A DNA stretch of 64,000 nucleotides from an uncultured Clostridia bacterium. GTDB lineage: Bacteria; Bacillota; Clostridia; Christensenellales; CAAEEZ01. Below are positions 1-9,469 of the stretch, piece by piece. Each line of letters begins with the position of its first letter. Within the stretch, counting starts at the first letter, position 1. The stretch spans positions 72,962-136,961 of the forward strand of contig CAKRNA010000006.1 of NCBI GenBank assembly GCA_934365195.1, in the 5' to 3' direction. The notes below the pieces were generated by a model. The model made no database searches. It saw only the letters and a program-made list of their open reading frames with translations, and had not been told where the DNA came from. The translations under genes and the position numbers were made by a program.

Positions 1-1
1 A

Positions 2-700
2 AAGGAACTAATAAATAAGGTAAGTTTTGCGGTTGCCACTGACGATTCGAGACCTATGCTTAAAGGTTGTTGCTTAGACGTAACTAAAAATTTGGTAACT
101 GCGGTTGCTTCTGACGGTTATAGGCTTGCTCTTGTAAATAAATCTATCGATTACAACGGAAACGATATAAAAATTATTATTCCGCAAAGGGCAATAGTGG
201 AAATTGTAAAACTTCTTGATGACGACGAGGACTTTGTAAAGGTAAATATCGATAAAAATATGATTACCTTGGATATGTTCCACACCAAGATTGCTACAAA
301 ACTAATTGCCGGCGATTATATCAATTACAGAAGAATTATTCCAACCACTTTTGAAAGTGAAATAAGCGTGGATAAAACCGCTTTTGACCACGGTATCGAA
401 AGGGCAGGAATTATATCAAGAGAAGGCAATAATACCGTTATTTTGGACGTAAAAGAGGACGTACTTACCATTGACTCTAAATCCGAAATAGGTACTATTA
501 AAGAGAATATTAAAATTAAATTAGAAGGTAAGGACATAAAGATAGGATTTAACGTAAAATATATCTCTGATTGTTTGAAAAATATAAGCGACGAGTTTAT
601 ATCAATAAACTGCAATAGCCCGTCTGTACCTGTAATTATAAAGCAAGTGGAACGTGAAAAATGCGATTACTTATTCCTTGTTCTTCCTGTAAGAATTTAA
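2..700 (+). CDS. dnaN: DNA polymerase III beta subunit (sliding clamp), C-terminal part; the 5' end lies upstream of the window
   Basis: Frame is open from nt 2 (KELINKVSFAVATDDSRPMLKGC...). Sequence is beta-clamp-like, and ori-linked genes lie nearby. Confidence 0.85.
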   Translation, partial: KELINKVSFAVATDDSRPMLKGCCLDVTKNLVTAVASDGYRLALVNKSIDYNGNDIKIIIPQRAIVEIVKLLDDDEDFVKVNIDKNMITLDMFHTKIATKLIAGDYINYRRIIPTTFESEISVDKTAFDHGIERAGIISREGNNTVILDVKEDVLTIDSKSEIGTIKENIKIKLEGKDIKIGFNVKYISDCLKNISDEFISINCNSPSVPVIIKQVEREKCDYLFLVLPVRI

Positions 701-910
701 AAAAACGTAATTAAAAGAAATTAAAAATTAAGTAAAAATAAAACTTTAAATAAAAACTATACTCTCTATTGATAAATAAAATAGAGGGTATTTTTTTAAT
801 AATAAATATTTTTTCAACTTAATAAAATAAAAGTAGTTTAAATTATAATAAATACCGAAAAAATAAGATAAAAGTAGTTTAAAAATATAATAAATACTAA
901 AAAAATGCAA

Positions 911-938
911 TAAAAAAAGCCTAACTAAAAAGTAGGCT
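911..938 (-). terminator. Hairpin plus U-run downstream of the tRNA (AGCCTA/TAGGCT stem, flanked by an A-run and a T-run; possibly bidirectional)
   Basis: aaaaaaAGCCTAactaaaaagTAGGCTttt read directly. Confidence 0.5.
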
Positions 939-943
939 TTTGT

Positions 944-1019
944 TGGCACCCTTAGCGGGGTTCGAACCCGCGATACCGGCGTGAGAGGCCAGCGTCCTAG
1001 ACCGCTAGACTATAAGGGC
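944..1019 (-). tRNA. tRNA-Glu, anticodon CUC, with encoded CCA
   Basis: The reverse complement GCCCTTATAGTCTAGCGGTCTAGGACGCTGGCCTCTCACGCCGGTATCGCGGGTTCGAACCCCGCTAAGGGTGCCA folds as a cloverleaf. The anticodon loop is CUCUCAC, the T-loop is GGTTCGAAC, and the D-arm resembles E. coli tRNA-Glu. Confidence 0.85.
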
Positions 1020-1097
1020 ATGCCTTAACGATAACTAATATATCATAAAATAGCCGTTGTTTCAACTATTTTAAGGATGTTTTAATAAAATTTTTAT

Positions 1098-2096
1098 TTA
1101 AGCGGTTATTTTATTAAAATTTAGTTTAGTATTTTGCGTTTTATATTCCTCTAAAAGTGGATCAGGAACGTAAATAACAAGGTCCTTATTATAATTTACA
1201 AATACGTTATCAAGTGCCAAAACTTCTGTTGAATTTAGGGTAACTGCCTTTAATGACGAACAGTTTTTAAAAGAGTTTTGATATAACCTAGTAACCGTGC
1301 TAGATAAGTTAATACTTTCGATAGAGGTGTTTGAAAAAGCGCTGTCCCCTATTGTTTTAAGCAAAGAGCCGTTTTCAAAAGTTATTGTTTTTAGCCTGCA
1401 GTTATTTGCAAACGAATTTGCTTTAATAGTCGTTACCGAGGACGGAATTGTAATTTTTTCAATTTTATTACAAATAGTGATAAAACTTGGCGGGATAACC
1501 TTAACGCTTGGTAAAGTAAGCGACGTAAGGTTAACGCAGCCTGTAATTTGAAGTTTTTCAATACTACTTAGTTTTGATAAATCGATAGTTTCGATGCCCT
1601 CTCCGGATATTAAAAGTTTGTCTATTTGAACGTTTTCAAAAGATAAGGATTTTAGCCAAGAGTGATTTATAGACGTTATATTTACGTTTTTAACAGGGTA
1701 ATTAGTGCCGTTTATAGTAATATTATTTGGGATAACAACGTCCTTATTTAAGTGGCAATTAAGTAAGTTTGTAATTGTTACCGTGCCGTCATTATTTAAG
1801 GTGTAATCGAAAATACCCTCTCTAAATTTAGCGTATAAAGTCATATTTTTTGTAGGTTTTACGGGGAAAACAACAGGGTTTCCCGTAAAATCAGCGTTAT
1901 AATACCAGTTTTCAAAATAGTAATCTTTCTTTGCAGGAATAGGCTTGTAACTTAAAAACGAGGTGGTAACGCTCTCAACCTCCGTTCCGCCGTTTACTTC
2001 GAAAGTAATGGTGTATTTCGGTTCTTCTTTATTACAGCCGTAAAGACACAAGATAGCCGTAAATATAGTAAGTAATAACGCAATTTTTTTCTTCAT
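1098..2096 (-). CDS. Lipoprotein with a Listeria-Bacteroides-type repeat and BspA-like leucine-rich repeats
   Basis: Signal peptide with lipobox (LCLYGC). The YTITFEVNGG...YFENWYYNADFTG...LYAKF repeat is followed by LRR_5-like repeats (IPSSVTTIKANSFANNCRLKTITF...). Confidence 0.7.
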   Translation of the reverse strand: MKKKIALLLTIFTAILCLYGCNKEEPKYTITFEVNGGTEVESVTTSFLSYKPIPAKKDYYFENWYYNADFTGNPVVFPVKPTKNMTLYAKFREGIFDYTLNNDGTVTITNLLNCHLNKDVVIPNNITINGTNYPVKNVNITSINHSWLKSLSFENVQIDKLLISGEGIETIDLSKLSSIEKLQITGCVNLTSLTLPSVKVIPPSFITICNKIEKITIPSSVTTIKANSFANNCRLKTITFENGSLLKTIGDSAFSNTSIESINLSSTVTRLYQNSFKNCSSLKAVTLNSTEVLALDNVFVNYNKDLVIYVPDPLLEEYKTQNTKLNFNKITA

Positions 2097-2293
2097 AAAG
2101 TCCTCTAATAAAATTAAAGTACTACTTACGAGTAGTTTTTTGTTTATATAATTATTATATCACAAAACAAGATTTTGACAATTTTTATACTAAAAAACTA
2201 TAAAAAAACTATTAAAAATAACTTTATTTTTTACTTAAAAAATGGTTATATTATCCTTATAAAAAAAAACATAAATTAAAAACAAAAATAAAT

Positions 2294-2322
2294 AAAAAAA
2301 ACTCTCACCGCAAGGTAAGAGT
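2294..2322 (-). terminator. Intrinsic terminator downstream of parB
   Basis: On the minus strand: ACUCUUACC-UUGC-GGUGAGAGU followed by U7. Confidence 0.6.
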
Positions 2323-2329
2323 GTTTTTC

Positions 2330-3232
2330 TTATACTTCTCTATTTATTTCTCTTCTTAGTTTTTCGATAATATCGAAGATACGTTGCAAATCGTCCTCGT
2401 TGTAGTAGTCTATGTAAATTCTACCTTTTTGGTTGTTTCCAAGCGCTTTTACTTTAGTACCGAAAATACGTTTCATATCGTTAATAAGCGATTTAACTTC
2501 TTTTGATTGAGCCTCTTTTCTTCTTGGACCTTGAGGGATAAGTTTCCTATTAAAGTAAAGTTTTACTTGTGTTTCAAGTTGACGAACGCTCATTTTATTA
2601 TCAGCGGCTTGGTTTGCAAGTTTTACTTGGAAATCTTTGTCGTCCACAACTACAAGCGCTCTTGCGTGGCCTGCTGAAAGTCTGCCCTCTCTAACAAGGT
2701 TAATTACCTCTTTTTCTAGTGTAAGTAGACGAAGTGAGTTGGTAATTCCCGGCCTACTTTTTCCGATTTTAGAAGCAACTTGCTCTTGCGTTAGGTTGTG
2801 GCTAACCATAAGTTCTTGAATAGCCTCAGCGGCTTCGATAGGGTTTAAGTCCTCCCTTTGTAAGTTTTCGATAAGTGCGATTTCTTGAACTTCTTGATTT
2901 GTAAGTTCCTTAATAACGGCAGGAACAAACTTTAACCCTGCAAGTTTTGCTGCCCTAAACCTTCTTTCACCGGCGATAATTAGGTATCTTTCGCCCGTTT
3001 GAAGAAGAATAAGAGGTTGGATAATACCGTAATACTTTACCGACTCGGCAAGGTCGTTTAAAGCGTCCTCGTCAAAGTATTTTCTTGGTTGGTTTGGGTT
3101 GGTATCGATTAAATTGATATCAACGTCGTCTAATTGTTTTTTAATAATAGTTTTAGTTTCGATAAAGTCATCGTCTAATATATCGCTAAATAATGCGTTA
3201 AGACCTTTTCCTAGTGGATTTTTTTCACTCAT
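2330..3232 (-). CDS. parB: Chromosome partitioning protein ParB/Spo0J
   Basis: ParB box (IENLQREDLNPIEAA), HTH (GKSRPGITNSLRLL), and gene order rsmG-parA-parB. Confidence 0.9.
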   Translation of the reverse strand: MSEKNPLGKGLNALFSDILDDDFIETKTIIKKQLDDVDINLIDTNPNQPRKYFDEDALNDLAESVKYYGIIQPLILLQTGERYLIIAGERRFRAAKLAGLKFVPAVIKELTNQEVQEIALIENLQREDLNPIEAAEAIQELMVSHNLTQEQVASKIGKSRPGITNSLRLLTLEKEVINLVREGRLSAGHARALVVVDDKDFQVKLANQAADNKMSVRQLETQVKLYFNRKLIPQGPRRKEAQSKEVKSLINDMKRIFGTKVKALGNNQKGRIYIDYYNEDDLQRIFDIIEKLRREINREV

Positions 3233-3240
3233 AGTTCACC

Positions 3241-4020
3241 TCAGTTTTGTGCTTGACGTTTTATAAACTCAATAGTTAATTTAGTATAAGCGATTGCACC
3301 GTTGCAGGACTTATCGTACACAACGATAGGCTTACCGTAACTTGGCGCTTCCGCAAGTTTTACGTTACGTGGAATTTTGGTTTCGTACACAACGTTGCCA
3401 AAGAACTTTCGTATTTCGTCTTCTACTTGGAAGGAAAGTTTAGACCTACTATCGAACATAGTAAGCACAACGCCCTCGATTTCAAGGTCCTTATTAAGAA
3501 ATTTTTTAACGATACGAACAGTGTTGATTAGTTGCGACAAACCTTCTAGCGCATAAAATTCGCATTGAATAGGAATAATCAAAGAATCGCTAGCGGTAAG
3601 AGAGTTTAACGTTAGTAGTCCAAGTGACGGCGGACAGTCAAGAACGATAAAATCGAACATATCCTTAACCGGCGCAATTTTTTGTTTTAGAATTTTTTCC
3701 CTGCCTCTTTCAATGCCTGCAAGTTCAATCTCTGCGCCCGCTAAATCGATATTTGAAGGCAAAATCGATAGGTTAGGAACAGACGTTTCTTGCAAAACGC
3801 CATCGTCTAAGATAGACTTGTCGGTACAAAGCAAATTATATACCGAGAAGGAATTTTTAGATTTTTTTGCGCCCAGTCCGCTACTTGCGTTGCCCTGAGG
3901 ATCCATATCGATAAGTAGCACCTTTTTCCCCGCTATTGCAAGATAAGACGCAATATTTACGCAAGTTGTCGTTTTACCAACGCCACCTTTTTGGTTGGTG
4001 AAAGTGATAATTTTTCCCAT
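3241..4020 (-). CDS. soj: ParA/Soj partition ATPase
   Basis: Deviant Walker A (NQKGGVGKTTT); ParA-family sequence throughout; adjacent to parB. Confidence 0.9.
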   Translation of the reverse strand: MGKIITFTNQKGGVGKTTTCVNIASYLAIAGKKVLLIDMDPQGNASSGLGAKKSKNSFSVYNLLCTDKSILDDGVLQETSVPNLSILPSNIDLAGAEIELAGIERGREKILKQKIAPVKDMFDFIVLDCPPSLGLLTLNSLTASDSLIIPIQCEFYALEGLSQLINTVRIVKKFLNKDLEIEGVVLTMFDSRSKLSFQVEDEIRKFFGNVVYETKIPRNVKLAEAPSYGKPIVVYDKSCNGAIAYTKLTIEFIKRQAQN

Positions 4021-4149
4021 TAAAACCTCTTACTTTGTTTTATACCTATAATTATATCATTTTTTAGAATAAAATAAAGCAAAAAATGACATCTAAACCT
4101 TTTTATTTTATTTATATTAAAAAAATTTAATAAAATAATTGAAATTTTG

Positions 4150-4845
4150 TTATAGCGGGCTTAGTTTCGGCTTGTTTTTATCCCTAGGGTAAATCTTGTC
4201 GGTTTTTGCCTCTTTTTTGATAATTACAAGCGACCTATTGTAGTCGGTTTCGGGCAGAGTGAAGTTTTCTACCTCGATAATTTTGGCGTGTAATTTGTTA
4301 AGAGCGTTTTTGGACGCTATAATTTCCTCTTCACAATTACCCTTGTATGCAATAAAAATTCCGCCCACTTTTAGTAGCGGGACAGCGTACTCAATAAGGG
4401 TGTTTAGCGAGGCAACCGCCCTTGCAACCACCACGTCGAACTTCTCTCTAAAATCCTTTTTAGCAGCGTCCTCTACACGAGTGTGGTAAGCGGTGATATT
4501 GCTTAGCCCAAGCAGTTTTACCGTGTCGTTAAGGAAAGTTACCCTTTTATTAAGGCTGTCAATAAGAGTAAAGTCTAGGTCAGGTCGAACGATTTTAAGT
4601 GGTATACTAGGAAAGCCTGCCCCTGCCCCGATATCGCAAACTTTAAGGTTTTTACCGATAAATTTTTGCCCCGAAATGCTGTCTATTAAATGTTTGTCTA
4701 CAAACTCTGTTTCTTCCAAAATCGAGGTTAAATTGCACGTTTTGTTACGTAAAACTATGTTTTGGTAATAATCGTCGAAAAGTTTGTTTTGATTTTCGGT
4801 AATAGTTACGCCAAGCAGCGCCGCTTTTTCAATTAGTTTTTCCAT
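4150..4845 (-). CDS. rsmG: 16S rRNA (guanine527-N7)-methyltransferase
   Basis: GidB-like sequence with SAM motif DIGAGAGFP; sits upstream of parA as in the canonical ori cluster. Confidence 0.9.
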   Translation of the reverse strand: MEKLIEKAALLGVTITENQNKLFDDYYQNIVLRNKTCNLTSILEETEFVDKHLIDSISGQKFIGKNLKVCDIGAGAGFPSIPLKIVRPDLDFTLIDSLNKRVTFLNDTVKLLGLSNITAYHTRVEDAAKKDFREKFDVVVARAVASLNTLIEYAVPLLKVGGIFIAYKGNCEEEIIASKNALNKLHAKIIEVENFTLPETDYNRSLVIIKKEAKTDKIYPRDKNKPKLSPL

Positions 4846-4938
4846 TGTCCGTCCTTTAGTTTTACTATTTCTTTTTATTATTATATCATTTATTTTCCGT
4901 TTTTACAAACTTGTGATATAATAAATCGTGAGGTAATT

Positions 4939-5631
4939 ATGAAACGTATAGGAATAATAGTTGCTATGAAGTCGGAATTTGAGGCTTTGTACGACAAAAT
5001 AGGAGAAAAACAAAAAACCATAACGGTTGGCAGCAGGGAAATTTACCATTACGTAAACGGCACGCTTGATTTGTACGTAACCGATACCGCCGAGGGTGAG
5101 ATACAGGCGGCAATGATGACGCAATACCTAATCACCAAGTTCGACGTGGATATGATTTTAAACTTTGGGCTTTGCGGCTCTTTAAAATCGGAGTTTAAAT
5201 GCAAGGATTTAGTGCTTGTAAAAGAGGTGGTTCACTTTGATTTTGATATTACCGCTCTAAACCCGAATATGAAAGTTGGGCAATATCCTGAAAGGGACGA
5301 GATATTCTTTAAAACCGACGAATTGCTTAGAAAAGAGGTGCTTAACATAGAGAATATCAAGGAAGTAAGGGTGGCATCGTCCGATAAGTTTATCGGGGAA
5401 GAAGGTATGAAACGCAGGCTAATTAGCGATTTTAACGCCGACGTTTGCGAGATGGAAAGCGCAGGAATTACTATCACCGCTTTATCTAATCACGTTCCTT
5501 GTTTGCTAATTAAATGTATATCCGACAATGCCGGTGACGACGCTAAGTTCGAGTTTAGAGATATTGTGAAAACGGGCGTTGAAGAGTACGTGGATTTAAT
5601 CGTAAAACTATTAAAAGTACTACAAAAATAG
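4939..5631 (+). CDS. mtnN: 5'-methylthioadenosine/S-adenosylhomocysteine nucleosidase
   Basis: MKRIGIIVAMKSEFEAL... N-terminus and CEMESAG motif typical of Pfs/MtnN. Confidence 0.85.
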   Translation: MKRIGIIVAMKSEFEALYDKIGEKQKTITVGSREIYHYVNGTLDLYVTDTAEGEIQAAMMTQYLITKFDVDMILNFGLCGSLKSEFKCKDLVLVKEVVHFDFDITALNPNMKVGQYPERDEIFFKTDELLRKEVLNIENIKEVRVASSDKFIGEEGMKRRLISDFNADVCEMESAGITITALSNHVPCLLIKCISDNAGDDAKFEFRDIVKTGVEEYVDLIVKLLKVLQK

Positions 5632-5639
5632 AGGATAAA

Positions 5640-6074
5640 ATGGAAGAATTACAAAGAATTAAATCGTTTACAATAGACCACACAATCCATAAGGAAGGTT
5701 TTTATTTGTCAGGGGTGAGTAACAATATTTTCACCTACGACCTAAGATTCAAAAAGCCAAACGGAGATAATTACGTTCCAATCGCAGCAATGCACACTAT
5801 CGAGCACCTTTTTGCAACGGTGGTTAGGAATAGCGACGTAAAGGAAAAGGTGGTTTACTTCGGGCCAATGGGTTGCAGGACAGGTTTTTATTTGCTTCTT
5901 TTAGGCATTGATAAGGAAGAGGCAAGGGCGCTTACCGTAAAATGTATGGAAAAATGCCTAGAACTCGATTATATCCCGGGCTGCTCTGAAAAAGAGTGCG
6001 GCAACTACAAAGAACACGACTTACAAACCGCAAAAGAGGAAATCACACAGTATCTTAGCGTGTTAAAAGGCTAA
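5640..6074 (+). CDS. luxS: S-ribosylhomocysteine lyase (AI-2 synthase)
   Basis: HTIEH metal motif and GPMGCRTGFY motif; 144 aa; 8 nt after mtnN. Confidence 0.9.
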   Translation: MEELQRIKSFTIDHTIHKEGFYLSGVSNNIFTYDLRFKKPNGDNYVPIAAMHTIEHLFATVVRNSDVKEKVVYFGPMGCRTGFYLLLLGIDKEEARALTVKCMEKCLELDYIPGCSEKECGNYKEHDLQTAKEEITQYLSVLKG

Positions 6075-6110
6075 TCATAATAAGAAATCGCTTTAAAAAG
6101 TTGCAAAAAA

Positions 6111-6137
6111 AGGCTACGAAGGTAGCCTTTTATTTTT
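6111..6137 (+). terminator. Intrinsic terminator of mtnN-luxS
   Basis: AGGCTAC-GAAG-GTAGCCT followed by TTTTATTTTT. Confidence 0.8.
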
Positions 6138-6527
6138 GCTTAAATACCTATAAAAACAATGGTTTTAACGGTTAAAAACTAAAATTTGCGGGGAGAAATG
6201 GTAAAAACGCCTGAAAAACAAAACTAATTTTGCTAAAATAAACCTAAAAAAAATGAGACTAAAAACTACAATAAAATCTTTAAATATATCTTTAACAAAA
6301 CCAAATGTTACCACGTAATATAAATAGTTATAATTTGCTAGTAAACAACGAAAAAAAGAGGCAAATAATAGGTAAGACAAAATATAACCGAATAGAAGGT
6401 ATTATAAATTTTTTAGCCATATAAAGCCTTAGCGTAAAATGTTATTATTTTTCAAAAAACCTAGTGAATAGTAGGAAAAGAGGTGATTTTATTTTACACG
6501 ATAAAAGCAATTAAGCAAAAACACCCT

Positions 6528-6593
6528 GTAAAATGAAGTGCACTCAAAAAGTTAGACTGAAATATAAAACTTTTGGAGTGCATTTTTAAAGGC
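6528..6593. repeat. Left copy of a ~66-bp inverted repeat; it is itself a hairpin (CACTCAAAAAGTT...AACTTTTGGAGTG)
   Basis: About 85 percent identical by eye to the reverse complement of 6970-7036, including the loop sequence and flanks. Confidence 0.7.
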
Positions 6594-6659
6594 ACAAAAA
6601 TTTCAAACGACCGTTGCCGTCGTAGTTAAGGAAACTATAAATTAAAAATTATAAATCAA

Positions 6660-6835
6660 GGAACAGGATATACGGACGAGTATACCGGGACGTATTTTAC
6701 TGGTGACACAACGCATAACGGCTGGGAAAATACTATATCACGGGATATTTATATGATCAATTTGATGTCGCCACGGACAGAAGCAAACTGGAAATTGAAA
6801 CGTGGAGCGGTACTTTCACATTGTCTTTACAATAG
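6660..6835 (+). pseudogene. Possible 3' relic of a protein gene, frameshifted and without a start
   Basis: This segment has higher GC than its flanks. Two frames give protein-like text (GTGYTDEYTGTYFTGDTTHNGWENTISRDIY... then ...QFDVATDRSKLEIETWSGTFTLSLQ*), and a terminator follows. Confidence 0.3.
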
Positions 6836-6906
6836 TTACCGAAAAGAACTATGATTTGTTATTAAGAGAGAATAGAATTCTCGTCATTCGCTCCGATATA
6901 AGCTAA

Positions 6907-6932
6907 GCGCCCTTAAACGGGTGCTTTTTTTT
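6907..6932 (+). terminator. Intrinsic terminator inside the IR-bounded element
   Basis: GCGCCC-TTAAAC-GGGTGC followed by T8. Confidence 0.7.
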
Positions 6933-6969
6933 GCAAGGATTCGATTTTCTAAACGCTGGTCCCTTTTTT

Positions 6970-7036
6970 GCCATTAAAAATGCACCTCCAAAAGTTTTAC
7001 ATTTCTGTCCAACTTTGGGGGAGCACTTCATATTTT
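6970..7036. repeat. Right, inverted copy of the ~66-bp repeat; may also terminate the minus-strand lipoprotein gene
   Basis: Reverse complement aligns with 6528-6593; hairpin CTCCAAAAGTT...AACTTTGGGGGAG. Confidence 0.7.
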
Positions 7037-7093
7037 GGTAGTTTTATTTATTTTTTATCTTTACTAGATTTTAATAATTTAGGTAGCCGTCAA

Positions 7094-7801
7094 TTATGAA
7101 ACGTTAATAGGCACAAGCAAGTGTGCTTTCTCATTTGATACGCCGTTTGTAAGTTCAATATCCAAGTAAGTTTTTCCACTTTGTATTCCGGCGGTATCAA
7201 TTTTTATAATTAATTCCATCAAAATATTGCCGTCCGGTCTTGTTTTGGTTTCAACACGTATGTCTCCGGCTGAGTATGTTTGTCCGTACTTATCCTTTTC
7301 ATGCCTAACGTTAATTATATTTCTATCAAGGGGTACAATAACCCAAAATAGATTATCTGCAGTTAGCAAATTATCATTTAACTTTATTTTTAATTCGGCA
7401 ATTCCGCTATTTATTACTAAATCTTTTGGATTATTATCTTTATCGTAATTAGCAAAAGATTGACCGTAAACGATATTTCCAAGTTCCACTTTCACATAAG
7501 CGTCTTTGTCTTGCATACTGAAAGTGTAAGTATCCGTACCCGTTTTGCTCACGTCATTACCATTATATGTAACCTTTTTTATATATTTATTAGTGTTGGT
7601 TACGGTTACAATAACGTTTATTAATTCGTATTCTGTTGCTTCTGATTTTACGTTTACCATACAATCATCGGGCTTTTCAACAAAAATGTTATATTTTTTA
7701 GGTGGTGGCGGATCGTTATTTGCACACGACGTTAGAACAATTCCACCGATAATTACTACTAATATTAGGCTTAGCGCCACAAAAAATTTTTTATTTTTCA
7801 T
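7094..7801 (-). CDS. Lipoprotein of unknown function
   Basis: Signal peptide with lipobox (IVLTSC); 235-aa ORF in otherwise ORF-poor DNA. Confidence 0.65.
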   Translation of the reverse strand: MKNKKFFVALSLILVVIIGGIVLTSCANNDPPPPKKYNIFVEKPDDCMVNVKSEATEYELINVIVTVTNTNKYIKKVTYNGNDVSKTGTDTYTFSMQDKDAYVKVELGNIVYGQSFANYDKDNNPKDLVINSGIAELKIKLNDNLLTADNLFWVIVPLDRNIINVRHEKDKYGQTYSAGDIRVETKTRPDGNILMELIIKIDTAGIQSGKTYLDIELTNGVSNEKAHLLVPINVS

Positions 7802-8344
7802 AATACTCTCCTTATGGTGATTTGCACCATTCCTACTTAAATTTTAATACATACCTGCCTTAAAATCAATAATTCATAAATTTTTTATCGATTTATATAT
7901 AGTAAATCGTGCATTTTAATATAGAAAAACCTATATTTATTTCAATAATTATTTGTTGTAAAACCTTTGCAAAACGAATAGATTAACCGTAATTTGTATG
8001 ATAAACTTTTTTAATAATAAATATTTTTATTATGTAAACTAGAATAAATTAAAAAATATTTGTGTTAATTAAATTGATTAAATAAAATATCCAAAATAAC
8101 GAAATTGTAAAAAAATATAAATGCGTTTTTTCGAGGAGCAAAGATATATTTTGTAAATGTGGAGAAAAGGTGTATTTAGCGCTGGTTTTAACTATAAAAA
8201 AATTTTCAAAACAATAAAACTCAAGTCAAAGATAAAAAATTGCTAAATGTTATTCCAAATAGAGCGTTCTGCGTAAAAAATTGTATTATAATACTGCAAA
8301 TTTTTCACGAAAAAACCAGTAAATAAAGTAAATTTCAACAAATC

Positions 8345-8440
8345 AGAGCGGTTTAGAGGCAATTTTATTAAAAAATAGAGCATTTCAGAGGCGATTTTAT
8401 TGCAAATGAGATATTTTAGCGTGATTTAATTAAAAAATAA
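8345..8440 (+). repeat. Three tandem 32-bp iteron-like units (AGAGCnnTTnAGAGGCnATTTTATT...)
   Basis: Units start at 8345, 8377 and 8409. Units 1 and 2 match at 24/32 positions counted by eye; unit 3 is more diverged. Confidence 0.6.
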
Positions 8441-8830
8441 CCATATTTAAACTAATATTTGGTGAAACTGATTAAAAAAAACATAATAATTTATAAGTAA
8501 AAAGTGCTGTGAAACAAAATAGTAAATTTATGCAAATTATAGCATATAAATACAAAAAATATTAGTAAATATTCAACAATATTCATTATTTTATTAAAAA
8601 AAGCAAATATTTATAAATAAAATGAATATTAAATAATATGTTAAACAATTTTAGGTATTTTTTCAAGGAGCAAACATTAAATTTTATAGCAAATTTTTCA
8701 AGGAGCAAATTTGGACGATTATTTTTTGCAAAATTTATTGTATAAAACATTGTCAAATATACACAATAAAGCCGCAAATATACATAATTATTGAATAAAT
8801 ACGGAATGTATGCATAAATAATGTATAAAT

Positions 8831-8846
8831 TGTTCAACGTGAAACG
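8831..8846. other. parS-like site TGTTCAACGTGAAACG (2 mismatches to TGTTCCACGTGAAACA)
   Basis: Direct read; compared with the B. subtilis 16-bp parS consensus. Confidence 0.5.
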
Positions 8847-8863
8847 ATGCCGAAGTTTACGAA

Positions 8864-8879
8864 TGTAAAACGTGAAACA
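8864..8879. other. Degenerate parS-like site TGTAAAACGTGAAACA (3 mismatches; right half perfect)
   Basis: Direct read; lies 33 bp from the previous site. Confidence 0.35.
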
Positions 8880-9384
8880 TAATATTTTAACACAATATAG
8901 TATTTGATATATTTAGTTAAATAGAAACAGTTTATGTTGATAGGTATTTCGTGTTTTCTGTAAAAAAAATTATCAAAGTATTAAAGCAGGCAATACGGAA
9001 ATGGTTAAAAATAGGTATTCTAACAATGAGTTCTGTTTGTAAAGCATAATTAAAACTCTTCGAGCCACAAAATATAAAAGTTTAGCCGCAAAAAGCAAGT
9101 TAAATTACGTTTAATCCGTTTAAAATTGTAAATGAAAGGAGTTTTATAATTAAATTAGTTGTAATTGCATAAACCTTAGGCTATGACTATCAAAACCGTT
9201 TTTATTTTGTGATTCGTTTGAATGGAGGAAGTAAGGGCTTATGATAATAAACGTTAAAAAGGTGTAAGTAATATGCCTAGAAGAATTTTATGCTGTATTT
9301 TAAGTTAGGAATTGTTCGAAATATTTTTCTGACAGACATTATAAATTCTATATAAAACAGCAAAAAAATACTAAAAAATCTAAT

Positions 9385-9400
9385 TGTTCCACGTGAAACA
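9385..9400. other. Perfect parS centromere site TGTTCCACGTGAAACA
   Basis: Exact match to the Bacillus-type 16-bp palindromic ParB binding site; parB and parA are encoded about 6 kb away. Confidence 0.8.
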
Positions 9401-9469
9401 AAAATAAAAAATGATAATAAAGCCAAGTGATTTTTAGAAAAATAATTTAAGTTTTTAAACGCTTGAAAT

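Noticed and set aside
6165-6380. 71-aa hydrophobic minus-strand ORF downstream of luxS
   Set aside because: It has a TTG start, no RBS and an AT-rich low-complexity translation, and it lies in terminator or spacer DNA. A small membrane peptide cannot be fully excluded.
8586-8837. 83-aa minus-strand ORF in the AT-rich zone
   Set aside because: Its N/Y/I/K/F-rich translation is typical of random AT-rich DNA. It has no RBS and overlaps repeat sequences and a parS-like site.
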